In this document: positions 57,501-64,000 of the stretch, one piece after another
Numbering within the stretch: position 1 is the stretch's first letter
Layout: every line of letters starts with the position of its first letter
Origin: Amoebophrya sp. A120
Taxonomy: Eukaryota > Protista > Dinoflagellata
Length of the DNA: 64,000 nucleotides
Direction of reading: 5' to 3'
Assembly: GCA_905178155.1 (NCBI GenBank)
Contig: CAJINV010000030.1
Coordinates: 111,727-175,726, forward strand
Program-made: the position numbers and the translations under genes
The notes under the pieces: generated by a model
What the model was told of the DNA's origin: nothing
The model's input: the letters and a program-made list of their open reading frames with translations, nothing else
The model's database searches: none

Positions 57501-60500
57501 TTATCGCGAAGGGGCGGTGCGCGCCTTGTTCTAGTTGATAAAGCGGAGAAGCTAGTCCAGCAGGAGAGTAAATATCACCTTGACGAAAGCGGCTGAACCC
57601 AGGACATGCATTACCATTGCTGGCATTCTCTCTGAGGGCGGCTTAAATCTGGTTGGGGATGATAGTGATACTCGCCATTGCGCTGCAGTGGTCAGTTAAT
57701 CGGACATCTCGTGTTCTTGTTCCCTGTCATGCCTCACAGCCATCGCCCGGGCTCTATGAAGATCATGATTCCTCGCTTGTATTTTTTGGTCATGACGGGA
57801 AACCACCTAGGAAGCTGTTCATGAGAGCTAGCAGCTGCTTTCGAATTGATACAAAGAAGATCGAGGAAACGCGTGCCAACATCCTAGCGCAGCACGGGCT
57901 TCTTTTACGAGTTTTTTCGGGCCACGCGAAAGACCTGGACAAGCGGAAAAAGCTTCCGAACCACGTCGCAAATTACCTGCTCTTCATCCTCGAGCAGCTC
58001 CAGTCCGAGCACGACCGACTGGGCAACGCCCGTGCGCAGGAAAACGCAGCTTTCCAGGAATTTCCACGCGCGGTCGTCAATGGAGACAAGGACGACAAAG
58101 ACGCGGAGGATGTATGCATTGCAAATGTTTCGCACTTGCACTAGAAGCGCAGCGGGTTGTAGGCGGAAAGATGAAGCTTGTAGCTTTTAGCACTCAAAAG
58201 TAGAAAGATTTGAGGCAAAATGTGCTGCAGGAGGTTCTATACAAGAAGTGCGACACATTTGCAAAGGATAGGGCGTTATCCAATGCAAAATCGCTACAAT
58301 CCTGACGGGGGTCAGTGCGTGATACGGAAGTGCGGAAATTCTTGCTGCCAGGGTGGAAAGGTTACGCATGTTATATATGTGCTATGCTATTTTTACTAGC
58401 CCCTTAGACGCCGGCGTCCAGGACGCTGGCAGGGGCTAGTAGTTCTCGCTTTAACTTCAAGCGCGCCGCCATGACTCTCTTCGGCGCAGCCAGCGTGCCG
58501 GCGCGCATGTCGCCGGCACGGAGTCCTCGTGGCGCGGACTCCTCTATTTTTTCGCGCGCCCAAAAGCAGCCAATAGGCCAGATCCCCACCCGCGCGCCCA
58601 CGTCAGTAGCTAGAACGGGGCCCGCGGTGGCTTTCGTTTTCTTCTTTGAAGGCCCGCAGTCGGGCGCCCGCCTGGGGGGAAGAGCCTCGCACCCTCGCGG
58701 CGGCCTTTCGAAACTGATAGGGCCAAGCGGGTGCGTGAGTCAGCGGGGAAAGAAGATGCAGCAGAACGCCTGCCACCATTACTCGCGGCCAGCATTCTGC
58801 ACGGGCATGCAAGAGCGTGATGGCCAACAGCGAAGGCCGCGACCGAGCTCTTGGGCGCCACGCTTTGACTCGGGTAAAGCGCTGGCGGCCACAGGTCTTG
58901 CCCAGCACACCCCTGGGCGGCCATCGATCCCAATGGCCATTCATATTAGGCACCCACTGTATTTTCTTCTGCTCGCGAAAAATGATGGTCGCCAGCTCTT
59001 GGCCATCACGCTTTCGCCCGTCCGTGCAAAGTGGTGGCCACGGGTAGTAGCAAGAGCCTCTAGCCATATACCCTTGACCACCACTTTGCCCGCGCGAAAA
59101 AGTCACAGCGAAAAGTGCCGACCGAAGACTATTGAAAGAATGACCGCCACGCCTCAGGCCGGGCAAAGAAAGTGGTGGCCGTGAGCGCCTGGCCATCACA
59201 CTCTCTTCGTTCGCAAAGATTGATGGTCGGCAGCTCTTTAGAGCCGAAGGCGCCCCGCCCCTCGCGCCTGGCCGCAACCCTCGCGCGCACCTCGCGCCTA
59301 CCAGCAACCTGGCCTGCCATTACCTGTGGGTGGCCATCATTTTGCCCGGGTGAAAGCGTGGCGGCGCACTTTTTTCGCTCGCCAAATGTGATGGTCGCTA
59401 GCTTCGGGGGGCAGCCATATTTACACAACGAGGGAACACGGGTGCGGCCCGCGTTGTTTTCTCAAGCAAGCTAGCTCTTTCAGGGAGCCTCTTGAGGGAG
59501 TTGCTCGCTGTCTTCAGGCGCCCTCTCAAGAGGTGCCGCCTAAGCAATTTTCTCTTTAGGATCCATTTTCTAAGGGGCCGGGGCGCCCTATAGATTATAA
59601 GCTACTAGCCTCTTGACGCGGGCGTCCCGGACGCCCGCTGGGCTAGTAGATTTGCAGATAATTCTAAAGATGGGAATGTGTTCAGAAGGTCTGGCTTGGA
59701 GTCGAATAGAATGTGGCTAGAAGGTTGAAAAGTATAACGCTGCCTGCCGCGAGGAAGATCGTTGCCGCGCCTGCGCCTCTCCTAGCGGCCTCGCAGCTTT
59801 AACGCCTTTTGCGGTCCGGCGGACGGTCCGGCGTCCAGGACGCCGGCCCGCCGTCAGCCCTTTAGCTGCGTTGCCGCGCCTGCCTGCGCTTGCCCTAGCG
59901 GCCTCGCCGCTTTAACGCCTTTTGCGGTCCGGCGTCCAGGACACCGGCGCGCCGTCCGCCCTTTAGCCGCGTTGCCGCGCCTGCGCTTGCCCTAGCGGCC
60001 TCGCCGCTTCGACGCCTTTTGCGGTCCGGCGTCCAGGACGCCGGCCCGCCGTCAGCCCTTTAGCTGCGTTGCCGCGCCTGCCTGCGCTTGCCCTAGCGGC
60101 CTCGCCGCTTTAACGCCTTTTGCGGTCCGGCGTCCAGGACACCGGCGCGCCGTCCGCCCTTTAGCCGCGTTGCCGCGCCTGCGCTTGCCCTAGCGGCCTC
60201 GCCGCTTTAACGCCTTTTGCGGTCCGGCGTCCAGGACACCGCCGTCAGCCCTTTAGCCGCACGCGGCAAGCAAAGCGAGGGGGCCGGTTGCGAAGCTTAT
60301 TCTGATCTGGGGCGGCTTCGGCGGCCGGCGTAAAGAAAACCCCCGCCCCTGGATGGGGATGAGACTCACGCTTCCGGGGGTTTGTTTGCGCGGTTTTGCC
60401 TCGCGCCCCCCCGCCCATGCCATGCACCAGAAGCCGAGAGGCAAAAGCGTGCGCGAGAAAAGTGACTGAAGCCGGATAGGAAAAGCGTGCCCGGCAGGAA

Positions 60501-62810
60501 CGAAAGAGGTGGCAAAAAGTGCCTGCCCGGAAGCTCTTGGCCATCACTCTTGCCCGGCTGGCCGACCGGAAAGCGATGGGCAAAAGTGATGGCCATGGAG
60601 CACTTGGCCAACACTTTTGCGCGACCCGAAAGTGGCGGCCGTGGAGCTCTTGGCCAACACTTTTGCCGGCGCGGGGCGGGGGAAAGTGACTGATGGCCGA
60701 AAATGACGGCCAGGGAGCTCTTGGCCACCACTTTTGCCCGACCGGACCGGAAGGCGGTGGGCAAAAGTGATGGCCTGGGCAAGGAGCTCTTGGCCACCAC
60801 TTTTGCCCACCCGGAACGAAAGGGATGGCCAACGAGCGCAAGTCGATGGCTGGCCAAGGAGCTCTTGGCCATCATTTTTGCCCGATCGGAAATGGATGAG
60901 GAGGGAGCTCTTGGCCATCACTTTTGCACGGCGGACCGGAATGAAAGCGATGGCCAGAAGTGATGGCCGAGGATTTTTGCATGCCCGGGCGAAAAGCGGT
61001 GGCAGCGGAACTACCGGCCATCACTTTTGCCCGACAGGAAAGCGCTGGGCAAAAGTGGCGGCCAAGGAGTTGTCGCCACCGTTTTTCTCTGCCCGGCCGA
61101 AAAGTGATGGCCAGGAAGCTTCTGGCCATTACTTTTGCCCGACCGGAAAGCGATCGATGGCAAAAAGTGATGGCCGCGGAGTTCTCGGCCGCCACTCTTG
61201 CCCGACCGGAAAGCGATGGCGAAAATCGCTTTTGCTCGAACGAAAAGCGATGGCCGCGGGGCTCTTGGCCATCACCTTGGCCCGGCCGAAAGGCGATGCC
61301 CAGGCAGGGGGCTCTTCGCCATCACTTTTGCCAGCGCTTGAAAAGGGTTTTTTTTTATCGAAAAAAACCAGCGCCAAGCTATTCGAGGCCCCGCGCTGTC
61401 GTCAGGATACGCCTCGCGACAATATCCTGGCGATGGATAGCAGGGGGATTCGGACCCGAAAAAATGGCTTTCCCATTTTTCCAGTCCGAGCCCCCCTTCT
61501 GTCGTTAGCAAAGTATCCTGACGACAGCAGGGGGGTTCGGGGATGAGAATGGCTCTCACGCTTGGGCTGCAAGTTGTGAAAACCGCTCTCAGGCCCGAGC
61601 CCCCCTATTGTCGCCCGGATGCTGTCTTGAAGGCTTTCGCGACAGCATCCCGACGACAGCAGGGGGATTCGGACAGGAAATCGGTTTTCACAATTTGCCC
61701 GCCCAAAGTGATAGTCCTGGAGCTCTTGGCCATTACTTCAGCCCGAGCGACCCGCCGGGAAGCGATGGCCAGCGGGCCCTTGGCGAGGACTTTTGCCCGG
61801 GCGGAAGGCGGTGGCCAGGGAGCTCTCGGCCATCACTTTTGCCCGGCCGGGAAGTGAAGGCTCAGGAGCCCCTGGCCAACACTTTACCCGGCCCGCCGGA
61901 AAATGATGGCACCAGAGGAGCTCTTGCCCACCATTTTTGCCCGGCCGGAAAGTCAAAGTAGTGACCAAGGGCCCGACCGGAAGCGGAAAGTGATGGCCCA
62001 GGAGCTCCTGCCCTTGGCCGTCTCTTTTGCCCGGCGGGCCGGAAAGTGATGGCCAAAATCGATGGCCAGGCCGGGGCCCTTAGCCATCATTTTTGTCCGG
62101 CCGGAAAGTCATGGCCAAGGGGCTCTCGGCCATGACTTATGTCCGAGCCAGCGGAAAGTGGTGGCCGACGAGCTCTTGGCCGCCACTGTTGCCCGGCCGG
62201 AAAGTGATGGCCAAAAGTTTCAATTTTGCTCGAGCGGAGGCGATGGCCAAGGAGCCCTTCGCCGTCACTTTTGCCCCGCCCGGCTGGGCAAGGAGCTTCT
62301 GGCCATCATTCATTCACATGATTCGGCCACTCTGGCCATTCTGGTGCTGGCATTCACATGCTCGCCAGGGCGTGCAGGATAACACTTTGCACGACGGTAC
62401 GGGGTACAGATAGCGGGAACGTGTTCAATCTGTTACACGAAGCCTCTAGACGAGACCGCCTGAGCACATTCGTTTAGAATTATTTTTCTAAGTGCCTCCT
62501 ATAGATTAGAGCAAAGGGGGAAGCCAAGTTCGTTTCGCTATTATTATAATTATATGACCTCCTTCTGAATAGTTATTAGTGTATCTATGCACCCATGCCG
62601 ATGCCTAAGGGGCCGGATATTTTTTTCCTACTTCCCCGGACGGCGATTTTGCATACCATACGACTAGCTACTGTGATTAACAGCCTGTTGTCTATCCACC
62701 CAGCCCGCCGCGGGAAGGGGGCGAAGCAAGTAGACAGCCAAAGGTCGTCGGGCCGAAAGCCCTCGGACATAGGTGACAAGGTGGATGACCGTAAAAAAGC
62801 CAGTTTCTAA
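57501..62810 (+). CDS. 3' part of a hypothetical protein spanning three introners (one 4.4 kb)
   Basis: QQESK|KIEETR...KDAED-V-ATVINSLL...ASF* reads through after removing 57573, 58113 and 58277 elements with one TSD each; 5' end unknown. Confidence 0.55.
57573..57851. mobile_element. Introner, singleton TIR (cgaaagcggctg)
   Basis: IR with cagctgctttcg; TSD decayed; frame restored. Confidence 0.7.
58113..58270. mobile_element. Introner, family A-like
   Basis: tgcaaatgtttcgcactt / aagtgcgacacatttgca IR; TSD ggatg/gggcg. Confidence 0.88.
58396..59594 (-). mobile_element. Non-autonomous Helitron H1 (1.2 kb)
   Basis: Minus strand: A|TCTATAGG 5' end; GC hairpin gccagcgtcc-t-ggacgccggc, 10 nt, CTAG|T 3' end; no TSD; internal TGGCCA repeats. 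Confidence 0.78.
59760..60260. repeat. Tandem repeat, 5 units of ~93-109 bp with alternating variants
   Basis: Unit cgttgccgcgcctgc...ccggcgtccaggac(g/a)ccgg...ccctttagc. Confidence 0.96.
60505..62340. repeat. Array of imperfect ~40-bp palindromes AAAAGTGATGGCCA-GAGCTCT-TGGCCATCACTTTT
   Basis: Example 60580-60620: gcaaaagtgatggcca tggagcact tggccaacacttttgc; interrupted at ~61350-61700; a looser array lies at ~58770-59400. Confidence 0.92.
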
Positions 62811-62899
62811 ATTTCAATGTTGGTGCCCGCAGCGCTGTCGCATGATGCCAGTGCCGATCTTTTACATGAAGTGGCTAAAGTGTTGCATTGTGTGCGGTC

Positions 62900-64000
62900 C
62901 AAAACGCACAACCGGCGTAGACACCACCGCAGAAAAATCCGACCGAGGGGCTGTGTTTTCATTTTCCAGCAGCCCCGGGCGAAGCCTTTCGAAGGCAGAC
63001 AGAAGCCACGGCCAAGATGGCGCGCGCCCAATGCCTTCCTTGCTTGCCCGCCCCCCGCCCCCTTCCTCGGGTCTGGCTCGTTGGTTTCTGGCTTGGAGGT
63101 CCTCTTGTTGGCTTCCGGGCCCCTTCTTTTGTGCGATTTCCAAAACGCCAAACCGCTGGCGGGACCACCCCCACAAAGAGAAATCAAGGGGACGCAAAAC
63201 CGGCGTCACCACCAACCGGCAAAAACCAAGGGGCCGCATTTTCTCGCAGCTCCGGGCGAGGCATTTGGAAGGCGGAAGAGAAGCCACGGCCAAGATGATG
63301 GGCGCCCGCTGCCTTGCTTGCCCCCCCGGCCCCCCTTCCTGCATCGGGTCTGGGTGGCTCGTTGGCGTCCGGCTGGGGGGCCCTCCGGCCGGCTTCCGGG
63401 GGCTCCGCTTCCTTTTGTGTGATTTCCAAAACGCAGAGCCGGCGTCACCACCAGCCTGCCGACGAAAGCCATCCAAGGGGCCGCATTTTCTCGCAGCTCC
63501 GGGCGAGGCATTTGGAGGGCAGAAGGGGAGCCACGGCTAAGGGCCCGCGCGCGGCCTTGCTTGCCGGCCCTGTCTCCCTTCCTCGTGTCTGTCTGGCCCG
63601 TCGGCGTAAGGTTGGGTGGTCCCCCGGCCGGCTTCCGTGGGCCCCGCTTTTGTGTGATTTCCAAAACGCAAAAACGGCGCCACCGCCACCCAGAAAAAAC
63701 CAAGGGGCCGCTTTTTCTCGCAGCTCTCCAGGCGAGGCATTTGGAAGGCAGAAGGGAGAAGCCACGGCCAAGAAGATGGGCGCCGGCCCGCTGACTTCTT
63801 ACTTGCCCCCCCGCCCTGCCTCCCTTCCTCGGGTCCGTCTCCCTGGCTCGTTCGTTAGCGTCCGGCTGGGCGGCCCTCCGGCTGGCTTCCGACGGCTCCG
63901 CTTTCGTGTGATTTCCAAAACGCAAAACCGGCGTCACCACCACCCAGAAAAAACCAAGGGGCCGCATTTTCTCGCAGCTCTCCAGGCGAGGCATTTGGAA
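62900..64000. repeat. Tandem repeat of ~235-285 bp units, running off the window end
   Basis: gatttccaaaacgca at ~63135, 63421, 63656, 63910; aggggccgcattttctcgcagctc and ggcgaggcatttgga recur. Confidence 0.93.

Larger units (their letters stand above)
59605..62505 (-). mobile_element. Non-autonomous Helitron H2 (2.9 kb)
   Basis: Minus strand: A|TCTATAGG 5' end; perfect hairpin gcgggcgtcc-g-ggacgcccgc, 9 nt, CTAG|T. Confidence 0.78.
58277..62660. mobile_element. Introner (~284 bp of own sequence) carrying two nested Helitrons
   Basis: Left tatccaatgcaaaatcgc pairs with right gcgattttgcataccata 4.4 kb away; frame restored. Confidence 0.75.

Noticed and set aside
59859-60260. Telomere-like ccctttag words
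   Set aside because: Single copy per unit and not TTTAGGG/CCCTAAA tandem repeats.
58471-63994. Many 100-270 aa ORFs in the repeat region, considered as RepHel or transposase
   Set aside because: No HUH, helicase or DDE motifs; products of GC-rich repeats (except the 62666-62810 exon).

Overview
Eukaryotic genomic DNA; every gene I could reconstruct lies on the + strand. It most resembles the parasitic dinoflagellate Amoebophrya (inference from the intron style, not provable here). The first ~10 kb holds intronless ORFs (two unknown proteins, an alpha/beta-hydrolase, a dUTPase) and a GTGGGGACAC minisatellite. From 11.1 kb on, the genes (DNA topoisomerase II, a protein kinase, a DUF285/BspA-like repeat protein, several unknowns) are split by about 55 short (mostly 140-370 bp) non-canonical introns that are MITE-like 'introner' elements. 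They share one architecture: 5-bp target-site duplication (TSD), TA-starting terminal inverted repeat (TIR) ... TA, TSD. Removing the element plus one TSD copy restored the reading frame at every site where a host frame could be followed, including invariant topo II motifs. Notable special cases: two introners stacked on the same 5-bp target (zero-length exon); a 1-nt exon next to an introner expanded to 4.4 kb by two nested head-to-tail non-autonomous Helitrons; the same element in both orientations; elements with a shared core but different TIRs; and TSD mutations that turn introners into GT-AG introns. All coordinates and splice models were read by eye and need RNA-seq confirmation.
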